Shown here: one piece after another, positions 26,088 through 35,745 of the stretch
Position numbering within the stretch: the stretch's first letter is position 1
How the letters are laid out: each line of letters opens with the position of its first letter
IMG/VR virus record: IMGVR_UViG_3300042516_001671
Location: 1-64,000 of that record
Origin: a virus
Length of the DNA: 64,000 nt
Direction: 5' to 3' (one strand)
Notes under the pieces: model-generated
Databases searched by the model: none
Told to the model about the DNA's origin: nothing
The model's input: only the letters and a program-made list of their open reading frames with translations
Made by a program: the position numbers and the translations under genes

Positions 26088-26539
26088 TGTCTCCGCTCTG
26101 TTGCTGGAGCGATCTCCCTCCTGTGGCGCTTCGGCGCCTTGGCCCCGGTTGACCTCCGTCCCGGGGCCTTTTTTTGTCCCGGCATCTCCCGGACGGTGAT
26201 GACACATCGAGGGCACTCCTTGTCTTGATGCCAGTAGATGTGCTTCTCCTTGACCTGTCTGTCGTTTACATAGAGCCTTCCCTGGAGCAGATCCAAGATG
26301 AGGCTCTCGTCCAAGTCTGGCCGTCGGGAGGCGTACCAGATATGGATCTCCGCAGAGACATCCTTGTCCGTGGGGTTCTCCGCCGGGGCGCATTGCTGTT
26401 GAAACATCTCTGAGTAGGTTAGGGCCTTCTGGCTCTTGATCAGCCGAGACATCCCGCCGAACCGGACGACCCTCCTGCTGTTGGCCTTGCTCGCAGGCTC
26501 ACCAAAAATTTCTCTGGTTTCGCAGAAAAGTGCTTGCAC
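26081..26539 (-). CDS. rusA: RusA-like Holliday junction resolvase
   Basis: GEPASKANSR...RRPDLD...LD.LQG..Y.NDRQV; GTG start inferred; basic tail reads through the sRNA locus. Confidence 0.8.
   Translation of the reverse strand: MQALFCETREIFGEPASKANSRRVVRFGGMSRLIKSQKALTYSEMFQQQCAPAENPTDKDVSAEIHIWYASRRPDLDESLILDLLQGRLYVNDRQVKEKHIYWHQDKECPRCVITVREMPGQKKAPGRRSTGAKAPKRHRREIAPATERRQG
26094..26175 (+). ncRNA. Candidate ~80-nt small RNA with anti-Shine-Dalgarno segments
   Basis: Promoter, hairpin 26094-26111, unpaired AUCUCCCUCCUGU, C(UUCG)G hairpin, terminator hairpin with CUCC loop, U7. Confidence 0.7.
26141..26175 (+). terminator. Intrinsic terminator of the candidate sRNA
   Basis: GGCCCCGG..GAC-CTCC-GTC-CCGGGGCC-TTTTTTT. 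Confidence 0.85.
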
Positions 26540-26562
26540 ATCTTCGGCACTAGTGCTAGGAT
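26534..26562 (+). promoter_or_regulatory. Sigma70-type promoter with palindrome GCACTAGTGC in the spacer
   Basis: TTGCAC-17-(TG)n-TAGGAT upstream of CAGGAGG RBS. Confidence 0.7.
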
Positions 26563-26592
26563 CTGTCTCATCGTTCAACACAGGAGGTCTCC

Positions 26593-27468
26593 TTGATCAT
26601 CACGAACAACCATGGCGCCCCGGCTACGCTGGTCGCCTTGGCCCGGAAGAACTACTACTCGAAGGGGGACTCGGACTACTCCGTCACGGAGCTTCTGTCT
26701 CCCCCCAGGGTTCGACGGCTTCAGGAACGGCACGATGCCGCCCTGACAAAGGATGTCTCTGACATGCTCTGGGCCCTGCTCGGATCGGCACTCCATGTGG
26801 TAGCTGAGCGGGCCTCTGCCGAGGATCATGTCACAGAAGAGAGGATCGTCGCAGAGATCGACGGCGTCAAGGTCTCTGGCGGCATTGATCTCCAGGAGAT
26901 GACCCCCGAGGGAGTGATCATCACCGACTACAAGTTCACCTCTGCCTACTCCGTGATGAACGAGAAGAAGGAGTGGGAAGAGCAGTTGAACCTGTACAAG
27001 TGGCTGGTGGAATCCGTCAAGCGGATTCCGGTCAAGGGCCTTCGGATCTGCGCCCTGATCCGGGACTTCTCTCGCCATGACCGGCGGGAAAACTACCCGG
27101 ACGCTCCGATCCACATGGTGGACATCCCCATGTGGGACTCGGTGACCGCAGAGGCGTTTGTCCGCTCCCGTTTACAGCTTCACACTGAAGCCAAGTTTGC
27201 AGATGCGATGGAGGAGCCCCTTCCTCCATGCTCTGCGGAAGAGCGTTGGTTTTCCGAGACGACCTACGCTGTGAAGAAGGAAGGCAGGAAGACTGCCGTC
27301 CGCGTGTTCAAGACCATCGAAGAGGCCCAAGAGTTGGCCGCAAAGGAGAAGGGATATGTCGAAACCCGAGCAGGAGAGCCCCGCCGCTGCACCGGAAACT
27401 TCTGTGGAGTCGCAGAGTTCTGCGAGCAGTACCAGTCAGAAGTCAGTCTACGACTTGCTGAAACTTGA
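26593..27468 (+). CDS. PD-(D/E)xK exonuclease (RecB/Cas4-like) of recombination module
   Basis: SVTELL...G.ALH...E.R...SGGID...DYK...QLN.Y; C-terminal C...C..FC....FC. Confidence 0.85.
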   Translation: MIITNNHGAPATLVALARKNYYSKGDSDYSVTELLSPPRVRRLQERHDAALTKDVSDMLWALLGSALHVVAERASAEDHVTEERIVAEIDGVKVSGGIDLQEMTPEGVIITDYKFTSAYSVMNEKKEWEEQLNLYKWLVESVKRIPVKGLRICALIRDFSRHDRRENYPDAPIHMVDIPMWDSVTAEAFVRSRLQLHTEAKFADAMEEPLPPCSAEERWFSETTYAVKKEGRKTAVRVFKTIEEAQELAAKEKGYVETRAGEPRRCTGNFCGVAEFCEQYQSEVSLRLAET

Positions 27469-28132
27469 TGTCAGCAAGTTCATCGAGAAGAAGCAAGGGC
27501 TCAGCTACGTCTCCTGGGCTCATGCCTGGGCGATTGCCCTGAACGCAGATCCATACGCGAACTTCCGCGTCCATACGTTCGGGCCCAACGGTGACGAGTG
27601 CTACATGCGTGTAAATGGAACCGCGATGGTATGGGTGGATGTCACCCTCTTCTCCAAGTCCGTCACCTGCTGGCTGCCGGTCATGGACCACCGCAACAAG
27701 CCTATCGCTGACCCGGATTCTTTCCAGGTCAACACGGCACTCATGCGGTGTTTGACGAAGGCGCTGGGGTTCCACGGCCTGGGGCTGAACGTCTATGCCG
27801 GGGAAGATCTGCCTCTGTCCGTACCTGGAGAGGAAGAAGAGAAGCCCGCCAAAACGCCCGCAAAGGCTCAGAAGGACTCTCCCAAGGAGCCCGTGAAGGA
27901 GCCCGTGAAGGAGGAGGCGAAGAGCCCCGATGAAGATCCCCAACTGTCTGCAGAACTGTTTACAGAGGGGTTTGTGGAATACATGATCGTTGTGCAAAGC
28001 ACGGACGGCCTGAACAGCTACTGGAAGTCCAACCAGACCAAGCTGGACAAGCTCAAGGCGAAGTACCCCGATCTGTATGAGCGATGCCTGTCCGTTGCCA
28101 AGGACAGGAAGCAGCAACTGAGCAAGGAGTGA
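27356..28132 (+). CDS. Sak3/DUF1071-type single-strand annealing protein
   Basis: EKKQGLSYVSWAHAW...LPVMDHRNK...NT..MRCL.KA...GLGL..YAGEDLP. Confidence 0.85.
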   Translation: MSKPEQESPAAAPETSVESQSSASSTSQKSVYDLLKLDVSKFIEKKQGLSYVSWAHAWAIALNADPYANFRVHTFGPNGDECYMRVNGTAMVWVDVTLFSKSVTCWLPVMDHRNKPIADPDSFQVNTALMRCLTKALGFHGLGLNVYAGEDLPLSVPGEEEEKPAKTPAKAQKDSPKEPVKEPVKEEAKSPDEDPQLSAELFTEGFVEYMIVVQSTDGLNSYWKSNQTKLDKLKAKYPDLYERCLSVAKDRKQQLSKE

Positions 28133-28134
28133 TC

Positions 28135-28413
28135 ATGGCATTTGAACAACGTCCCGATTCCGGGCGGCTGATGGCCGCTCAGAGCAAGCGCAGCGAGAAA
28201 GCCCCGGACTACTGGGGTGAGATCGCCATCAACATCAAGGACTTGACCAACGCACAGGTCGAGAAGGGCTTTGTCACCTTCAAGCTCTCGGGCTGGAAGA
28301 AGCAGAGCAAGACTGGCGTCACCTACCTCTCGCTGGCGATTGATCGCCGTGTGAAGGATGAAGCGCCGAGCAAGCCGACCCGTCCTCAAGACGATAACGA
28401 CGTTCCCTTCTAA
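28135..28413 (+). CDS. Phage single-stranded DNA-binding protein
   Basis: K..KAPDY.G...LSGW...SK.G..YLSL; acidic DDNDVPF tail. Confidence 0.75.
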   Translation: MAFEQRPDSGRLMAAQSKRSEKAPDYWGEIAINIKDLTNAQVEKGFVTFKLSGWKKQSKTGVTYLSLAIDRRVKDEAPSKPTRPQDDNDVPF

Positions 28414-28422
28414 GGAGTTGAG

Positions 28423-28758
28423 ATGAGCAAGAGCAAAGAAGCTGAAGACCTGTTTCGCGCTGACCCCAAGGTTTCCGTAAAGGAAGTGGCAGAGAAGGTC
28501 GGGATCACCGTGGCACATTCCTACGCTGTGCGGCGCAGGGTGATCGGCCCGGTTTACGGAAAGAAGCGCCGGAAGGCTCGCGTTTCAACGGGCACAGTTC
28601 TGACCGTGGTGTCTCGCCCCGAGACGAGCCCCGAAGCAGAGAAGATGGAGAACTCCAACATCCTTCTGCATGCTCAACTGAACGAGGCACTGCGGGAGCT
28701 TGAGGACTGCCGTGCCGTGATTCGGTATCTGGAGAAGAAGATTGCCGATGCAGTTTGA
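28423..28758 (+). CDS. HTH DNA-binding protein
   Basis: SVKEVAEKVGI.....Y.VR; C-terminal coiled coil; TAAGGAG RBS. Confidence 0.65.
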   Translation: MSKSKEAEDLFRADPKVSVKEVAEKVGITVAHSYAVRRRVIGPVYGKKRRKARVSTGTVLTVVSRPETSPEAEKMENSNILLHAQLNEALRELEDCRAVIRYLEKKIADAV

Positions 28759-29119
28759 GGCGCGGAAGGTCGCCCTCAAGCAGGACAGGACAGGGTTCGT
28801 ACTGACCCTGTCCGTCCACCCCGACGAGTTCCCCTCAGAGCTTCTGAGGGACTTCGTCGGGGCAAGGTATGCCTGCGCGATGGTGCGGATCAACGAAGAC
28901 GAAACGCCCGTCACCTACAAGAACCGGGTCCAGCAAGCAGCCATGCTTTGCAAGAACCCGTCGTTTCAACAGTTCCTTGGCACCGATGGAGAAGATGCCA
29001 CTGCGAAAGCCCTGTGTTCCCGTCTGGGGATTGACTCCCGGACAGAACTCAATGGCAACTCCTTGGCTCAATCCCTCTTCGATGACCTTGTGGCGGAGTT
29101 TGAAAATGAAGCCTTCTAA
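28748..29119 (+). CDS. Hypothetical protein
   Basis: A.MLC.NP.F..FL...LC..LGI.SR.EL motif. Confidence 0.65.
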   Translation: MQFEARKVALKQDRTGFVLTLSVHPDEFPSELLRDFVGARYACAMVRINEDETPVTYKNRVQQAAMLCKNPSFQQFLGTDGEDATAKALCSRLGIDSRTELNGNSLAQSLFDDLVAEFENEAF

Positions 29120-29483
29120 GCTACGCCCCTTCTTCGCCTATCTTACCGACGAGCAGTATGCATCGTTGAAACAGTTCAGCGGAGAGACGGGGTCATCCAT
29201 GACTCAACTCATCAGGGAAAGTGTCGATGCGCGGCTGTCCAAAGGCGACCAGTATGTCGCCGGGTACAACCAAGCTATCAAGGATGCGATCCAGACAATC
29301 AACGGTAACAACCTGTCGAAGATGGCATTCCCCTCTGGGAAGACCTTTGGGGAAGTGATCATCGAGGACATCTCTGCACACATGAGGCACAACGATGGAA
29401 CTGGAACAAGCGGAGCCGATGCGCAAGAGCGTCAAGCGAGTGAAGAGCAAGGGCTCTCTCCCAACCCCGGAGCAGCAACGTGA
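29106..29483 (+). CDS. Ribbon-helix-helix DNA-binding protein
   Basis: FFAYLTDEQY..LK.....TG.SMTQLIRE.VD. Confidence 0.65.
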   Translation: MKPSKLRPFFAYLTDEQYASLKQFSGETGSSMTQLIRESVDARLSKGDQYVAGYNQAIKDAIQTINGNNLSKMAFPSGKTFGEVIIEDISAHMRHNDGTGTSGADAQERQASEEQGLSPNPGAAT

Positions 29484-29889
29484 AGCGCAGCGGCTCAAGG
29501 ACGCGGCGATCCGAGCCTGGGCATCTGACCGAAAGGTCGGAACTCAACCCCCAACGTTCCCGGAACGTCGCTAACTGGCCCTTCCCCATTTCCATCATCG
29601 ATGGAGAGGTGGTGAGAAACGTTTACAGGTTCGACCGCAAGGCATTCCTTGCGGCTCAGCAGGAGGCTCTTCTATGAATCCCATGCATCTCAACAAGCCG
29701 GCGGAGAGAGATCTTCAAGACGCCTATGTACTTGGGAAGATCATCTGTCTGCCCCATTACGTCGAGAAGGGGAAATTTGTCTGGCCGGGGCACACCAAAG
29801 ATGCCCCTCGGATCGTCTCAAGGACGGAACTGATCAACCGGGGAGCCAAGAAGGTTGACCTATATCTCTGGAAGAGGGCCTACGCATGA
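29480..29889 (+). CDS. Two small hypothetical genes (29480-29677, 29674-29889)
   Basis: Stop/start-coupled ORFs with RBS. Confidence 0.55.
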
Positions 29890-30194
29890 TGACCTACCCC
29901 ATCGTGGAACTGGAGGTGATCCGCTGGGCTGAGGCCCGGGGCATCATTCCCAATGCAACCACCAAGTCACAGCTTCTCAAGGCTATGTCTGAGTTCGGTG
30001 AACTTGCAGATGCTGAGGGCAAAGGAGACATGGAGGCCATCAAGGATGCCGTTGGGGATGTGATGGTCTGCTTGATCAATTACTGCGCCCTCCACGACAT
30101 CAACCTTGTTTCATGCCTGAACGGTGCGTTTGAACAGATCAAGCACCGCAAGGGCCGGCTGATGCCTGATGGCACTTTCGTGAAGGAAGCGTGA
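29886..30194 (+). CDS. MazG-like nucleotide pyrophosphohydrolase
   Basis: WAEARG....QLLK.MSE.GELA......IKDAVGD..V.L...I..RKG. Confidence 0.85.
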   Translation: MMTYPIVELEVIRWAEARGIIPNATTKSQLLKAMSEFGELADAEGKGDMEAIKDAVGDVMVCLINYCALHDINLVSCLNGAFEQIKHRKGRLMPDGTFVKEA

Positions 30195-30243
30195 TGAGGA
30201 TGTTGATCCGGGCGCTCTTGGCTGGGTGCGTGGAGCAGAGAAC

Positions 30244-30730
30244 ATGAGCGGCGGCTTCTTTGGTTACGCTCAGTACAAGATCGATCAGATCGCGGATCAG
30301 ATCTCTGATGTGATCCAAAGAAACGATCAGACCCCCTTCCCGCACTCCCCAGCCACCATTCAAAGACTGACAGAAGCTGTCCGGGCTTTGGAGATCGCCT
30401 TCGTTTACGCGAATAGAACTGACTGGCTCCTCAGCAACGATGACTCAGAGGAAAGTTTCGAGAAGCGTCTTCAGCAAGACCTGATCGCCGTGGACGAAGA
30501 TCTGAAGGACTGACATGGACAAGCTCTACGTCATTTCTTTTGATTCCGTTGGAAACGTCATTGACACCAAACGGGTCGCTGTAAACGCCAAATCCCCAGA
30601 CCGGGCATTGGATGCGTTCTGGTGCTGGGCGCGGCTTCAACCCTGGTATATGCACACCTGGGATTTGAAGATCCATTTGGAAGAGATCCGCCAGATCGAT
30701 TCCCCAGTGGGGCCAGTCAAACTGAACTAA
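30244..30730 (+). CDS. Two hypothetical genes (30244-30513 MSGG.F.Y family; 30515-30730)
   Basis: Coupled ORFs. Confidence 0.55.
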
Positions 30731-30824
30731 GGGTTAGCACTAGTAGACAGATCTATCTCATCTGCGATGCTATCGCTAGCTGTGATGACAGCAACGTCAC
30801 AATCAATGTGAACCAGGAGCAAGC

Positions 30825-31730
30825 ATGAAAACCAAGATGCTAACCAAGGCCCGTCGCCTATGGAACACGGGCAACACGCGCCTTGACCGGCGCAACCAAC
30901 GGGAATGGGTTCGTGCCATCCGCCGTCTGGGCGATAAGTGGCTGCTGGCGGTGCCGGTGGCGCGGAAGGAGGGGGTATGAAAGACACCGGAGGACCGGCG
31001 TTCCCCGTGAAGACGGCGATGTTCGACTGCACGCAGTCCGGCATGACCCTGCGCGACTACTTTGCGGCGAAGGCGATGCAGGCGCTGATTACGCGAATTT
31101 CCATGTCGGGTGTGGATCAAGCAAGAAAAGCGTACGAAATAGCCGACTCTATGCTGAAAGCGAGGAGCCAATGAGCAAGCACACACCGGGGCCGTGGGTG
31201 GTCGGCAACCAAGACCCGCTGAACTTTGGCGTGCCGCGCGGTTGGGGAACAGAACCCATCGGCTTTGTGTACGGCCCCAGCTTCCCAGAGCATTCTGAAG
31301 TCGGGCAACGCGCCCTTGCTAACGCCCGCCTGATCGCCGCCGCACCTGAGTTGCTGGAGGCGCTCCGAAGCATCGCGGACTGCTGCGATGAAGAACACGC
31401 CGCACGCGATTACGCATCTCGGCAGGCTGAGATTCGCGGCATTGCCCGCGCCGCCATCGCCAAAGCCACAGGAGAGCAACCATGACCCCCGAAGAAGAGA
31501 TCCGCCGCGTATTGCACCCGGAAGCGCATGAGCGTTTGAACGATGTCTACAAACCGATGGAGTTCAACCCTCGACCACAGGCCGCTGAGCCCTGCATCGA
31601 CCCCGACGAGATCGGCGGCAGGCCGTGGTATCAGGAGCAGCCAGAGCCGTGGTGGCCGTACATCTTGGGTGCAGTTTGCGCCATCCTGGCGCTGGTGCTG
31701 GTGTTTGCGCCGGTGGGGGTGCTGAAATGA
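30825..31730 (+). CDS. Four small coupled genes (30825-30980, 30977-31174 GGPAFP/GMTLRDYFA family, 31171-31485 HTPGPW/ANARLIAAAP family, 31482-31730)
   Basis: ATGA-overlapping chain; motifs typical of phage hyperplastic regions. Confidence 0.7.
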
Positions 31731-32305
31731 TCTACACCACACTCAACAAAATCTTCATCCACAACCCTTGTGCTGACGACTGGTCCAAACTGCTGCGCCA
31801 CCTTAACAAGGGGCTGCCAGATGATGAGCCTGTCGATTTGCTGACGATCCTTGAGAGCAACGGGCTGGACGATGCGCTCTGGTGTTTATGCGCGGTTGAT
31901 GACTTTCAACGAGAGATACGTTTATATGCTGTCTGGTGCGCTCGGCAGGTACAAAACTTCATGCCAGATCAACGTTCGCTAGAAGCCTTGGATGTTGCAG
32001 AGCGCCACGCCAACGGGCAGGCGACGGATAAAGACCTAGCAGAAGCGAGACAAGAAGCAAGGTGCGCGGCCATAGATGCAGCGCGACACGGCTACAAGCC
32101 GTATCTTCCATCGATAGACGCAGCAAATCATGCCGCTTTTCATGCAACACGAGCTGATGGGTCGATTGCGGCGCGAGGCGCTGCCCGCGATGCTGCGCGT
32201 GCTTTGTTTTGGGCCGGCAAAGGCGGGTGGGATGAAATAAGAGAGTCGCAATCTGCCGAGTTCCGGAGGGTGGCTGGTGTTTGCGCCGCTGGGGGTGTGA
32301 AATGA
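31727..32305 (+). CDS. Hypothetical protein (TTLN.I....PC...W.KLL / SNGLDDALW family), flanked by direct repeats
   Basis: 192-aa ORF; 34-bp imperfect repeats at 31697-31730 and 32273-32305. Confidence 0.75.
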   Translation: MIYTTLNKIFIHNPCADDWSKLLRHLNKGLPDDEPVDLLTILESNGLDDALWCLCAVDDFQREIRLYAVWCARQVQNFMPDQRSLEALDVAERHANGQATDKDLAEARQEARCAAIDAARHGYKPYLPSIDAANHAAFHATRADGSIAARGAARDAARALFWAGKGGWDEIRESQSAEFRRVAGVCAAGGVK

Positions 32306-32666
32306 CCAGAACACTTGCGGCAAAAGTGATAGCGGGCATACACAGCCAACGCTGGACGCTTAGCGGCTATGGCGGCACTTGGGCCGGAGCCATGCGCCCG
32401 CTGGAGGAGTACGTCAAGCGCAAGGTTGAGAAAGCCGTGGCCGCTGAGCGCGAGGCCATCATCCAAGCCATGCCCGGCGGGCACAGCGTTGACCCGCAGT
32501 GGGTGTGCGACATGATCAGAGCAAGGGGGAACAAATGACCATCAACCCCCGAGCCTTCCTCCGCAGGTGCTTTACCTGCAACAAAGACTACCGCGACCAC
32601 CCGGGCAGCAGTCTGCGGCGGAAAATTTGGAGATGTGCGGAATGCACGAAGAAAGGGACTCAATGA
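32302..32666 (+). CDS. Two small genes (32302-32538; 32535-32666 Zn finger CxxC...CxxC)
   Basis: ATGA-coupled chain; second translated by hand. Confidence 0.6.
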
Positions 32667-33331
32667 CGCCTCTCATAACTGAGTTTGTAAGGGTCACCAA
32701 GGATGCTGAACGGTGGACTTGGTTTGATGTGGGAAGCATTCCAGAACTTGTGGAGGCATTGCTTGATGATGAATTATTTGCTATGCCATATCCACGCACC
32801 GCGTTTTGCGGCGTTGATGTGGACGGAAGTAAGTTTTGCGTGGCGCTGATTACTGGTGACAACCATGTAAGCGTAGCCGGCAGGTATGACACCGGCAAAT
32901 TCCCCGCAATCATCAAGCCATTTTCTTACATAAACACCGACGAAGGGATACGCATCTACGGAGGAGAAGGCATGGAGCCTCCTCCTCGGGCGCATTACCT
33001 ACCAGTCATCGCGCTCGTCAGTCGTTTCGCACAAAGCCTAAACGCTGTGACGCAAACGGCGTATTTGCCGACGCCCAAAAAGTCCCTTCTGAATGCCGCT
33101 CGTGCCGCCAAGGGGAAGCCATTGGCGTTGTTTGATTGGCACACCGTTGAGATTGCGCCCAGAAAACCCAAGAGCGAGCCGCAGGGCGGGACCCACGCAT
33201 CACCAAGATTGCATGACAGGCGCGGTCATTGGCGCATCTGTAAGGGCGGCAAAAAGGCTTGGGTCAAAGCCTGCAAGGTTGGTGACGCCAGCAAAGGCGT
33301 TGTGTTCAAGGACTATGAGGTGAAAGTATGA
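32663..33331 (+). CDS. Hypothetical protein with C-terminal SPR.H.RRGHWR motif
   Basis: GGTHASPRLHDRRGHWR...WVK...VGD...G...KDY. Confidence 0.75.
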   Translation: MTPLITEFVRVTKDAERWTWFDVGSIPELVEALLDDELFAMPYPRTAFCGVDVDGSKFCVALITGDNHVSVAGRYDTGKFPAIIKPFSYINTDEGIRIYGGEGMEPPPRAHYLPVIALVSRFAQSLNAVTQTAYLPTPKKSLLNAARAAKGKPLALFDWHTVEIAPRKPKSEPQGGTHASPRLHDRRGHWRICKGGKKAWVKACKVGDASKGVVFKDYEVKV

Positions 33332-34495
33332 CCACCATGCAGATTGACCGCGCCGTGGTTGAGCAGGCGCTGGATGCGTTGGAGAGTTATGCGACGCATA
33401 GGCCGCTTCCCGGACGTTGCCCAGTCAGGGACGTTGAATACGCCCTGCGCACCGTGCTGGCAGAGCCCGAAACCTGCACATGGCAGCAAGACGGCGACAG
33501 TGATTCAGGCCTGTATGCCACATCGTGCCGCCACTACTTCAACCTTGAAGACGGCACGCCGGAAGACAACAAGCTGGCGTGGTGCTGCTACTGCGGTAAG
33601 AAGCTGGCGCAGGAACTGATTACGGAGGACGGCGATGAGTGACTTGAGAGCCGCCGCCCAGCGGGCGCTGGAGGCGCTGGAGAACTGCTCCAGCGAGTAT
33701 GGGCACAGGTGCAACCGCTGCGACAGCGAGGTTGACGAAGGAGGCAAGGTTGCTTCCGCCCTCCGCGCCGCGCTGGCGCAGCAGGATGAGCCCGACCTCT
33801 CTCGTTGCCCCCAATGCAACGGCCCCGCCGACAACGGTTTCGACCGCAGCATCCCGCCAAACCCTTACCTTTGCACGAAGTGCATGGCCGAGCCGGTGGA
33901 GCCGGTGGTGACGCTGACCGCTCAGCGCGATGCGCTGCTGGAGGCGTTGAAGTTTGTGATCCGTGGAGTGCCCGACACATGGGAAGGCGTGCAGAAAGCT
34001 CGCGCCGCAATCAAGATGGTGGAGGGAACCAAATGATCGACGCAACAAAGATCCAATGCCTCACGACGGCAAACTGGCTGAAAGGCTACGCATCCACACT
34101 GGACGCCGATCTACACTCGGCGCTCATCCACAGACTCAACCAAGCATCGCAACTGCTGCAACAGGTGTGGAATGAGTACGAAAGAGCGCAAGGGGAAACA
34201 CATGAACCGCGATGACATTCTCCGCATGGCGCGGGAGGCTGGGTTGACCTCTGTTATAGACGCACACCACAAAGAGTACGGAAGCGGGGCGTTCGATTTG
34301 TCGTTGTACGAAGAGGTAACGCGCTTCTCCGCTTTTGTCGCCGCTGCCGAGCGTGAGGCGTGTGCGAAGGTGTGTGAGGACATTGAAGAGGCATACCAAC
34401 GCCAAGAAAGCATACGCTACCCAGCACTGAGAACAGACGCCGAAACAGGGTCTGGGGAATGCGCCGCCGCCATCCGCGCAAGGGGGATCAAATGA
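33328..34495 (+). CDS. Four coupled small genes (33328-33642, 33635-34036, 34033-34215, 34202-34495), several Zn-finger-like
   Basis: ALEALE, AEREACA..C, AAAIRARG modules. Confidence 0.65.
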
Positions 34496-34854
34496 GCGAC
34501 AGGGAAATGCTGGAGTTTGCCGCGAAGGCGGCGGGGCTGCGTGTTGGCTTTGAACCCGATGGAAAAGAGCGAGGCAGGCATGACCTGTACTGGAGCAACG
34601 TCCATCACCAACTCGCATGGCACGGCAAGAGTGCAGGCTCCAAATACCCGAGACCGGTCTTCTGGAACCCCCTCGCCGACGACGGCGATGCGCTGCGGTT
34701 GGCGGTGCGGCTCAACATCCCGGTGTTCCCTTACGAAGACGAAACCAGCACCGGCACCATCGGTGTTCGCGCTAAAAACTGGGGGAGCAAGGAGGCAAAC
34801 ACCCGCCGCGCCATCGTCCGCGCTGCGGCAGAGATTGGGAGGAGCATGACATGA
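34492..34854 (+). CDS. Phage ABA-sandwich-like protein
   Basis: LEFAAKAAG...WNPLADDGDALRLAV...TRRAIVRAAAEIG. Confidence 0.6.
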   Translation: MSDREMLEFAAKAAGLRVGFEPDGKERGRHDLYWSNVHHQLAWHGKSAGSKYPRPVFWNPLADDGDALRLAVRLNIPVFPYEDETSTGTIGVRAKNWGSKEANTRRAIVRAAAEIGRSMT

Positions 34855-35624
34855 TAGGCTTCGGCCCCGTGCCCCTAAAACGCGAAGGCGCAATAGCGGA
34901 TCCCGACGAATACACCTGGGAATGTAACCTTGACGAGTGCGCCGATTGCCGCAAGCATTACCTTGAGTGGAAACAGAAGTATCTTGAACAGGAGCGACAG
35001 CATGACCCGCGAACAACACCTCAACATCCTCATCCTGATCAGCGCCTTGGAGTCGCTGATGTTGGCGCACAAAGTGCCGTTTCCGGCGGGGCTGTCTGAA
35101 GACCTCGATCTGGTTACAGAGGCGCTCCGGGAGGCAGTGCTGAAAGAATGATTTTTCTCAAAATCTTGCTGCGGCGCGATTTATTAGAGGAGCATAAATG
35201 AATTTAACACCATGGTTTCTTGGAAACACACATCCCATCAGGCCGGGGGTGTATCAGAGAGACTTTGGCCGTGAACGAAAATATGCCTACTGGGATGGAC
35301 AGCACTGGCTATGGGGGGCTGCGACTCCAGAAAGGGCTGTTGAAACAGAAGGGTTTTCCGCCGTCCAGCTTCAGCTTGTCTCTGTTCTCTGGCGTGGACT
35401 GATGGAGGAATCAAATGACCCTGCCATATGACATTGCCCGCTGCCTCGGCACCAAGAAGGCAGAATGCGAAGACTGCCTACGCAGGACTTCCCCGCCCGG
35501 CCCATGGCAATCATGGATAGCGGCCCGGTATTCCACAACCCCATGCAAATCAAGGATTGCCAGTGAGGTGCCCGAAATGTCAGAAGGAAGGAAAAAGCCC
35601 AGTCTTGGAAAGCCGCCCGCATGA
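34851..35624 (+). CDS. Small coupled genes (34851-35099, 35002-35151, 35198-35431, 35415-35624)
   Basis: LTPWF....P.R.GVYQ and DIARC.G...C..CLR motifs; RBS/overlaps. Confidence 0.55.
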
Positions 35625-35745
35625 TGGGGATGTTTGGAGACGGCGCTACTGCAAGTTCTGTTTCAACGTGTTTGTTTCCCGTGAAACAGCAGAGCCTGGG
35701 ATGAAGATGCCCCCGGAGACTTGGTCAAAAAATAGGAAGAAATGA
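35557..35745 (+). CDS. NrdR N-terminal-like Zn-ribbon protein
   Basis: CPKC.....VLESR......RRR.C..C...F.S.E. Confidence 0.7.
   Translation: MPVRCPKCQKEGKSPVLESRPHDGDVWRRRYCKFCFNVFVSRETAEPGMKMPPETWSKNRKK

Noticed and set aside
26593-27468. Cas4 as part of a CRISPR system
   Set aside because: Sits with Sak3 and SSB as a standard recombination module
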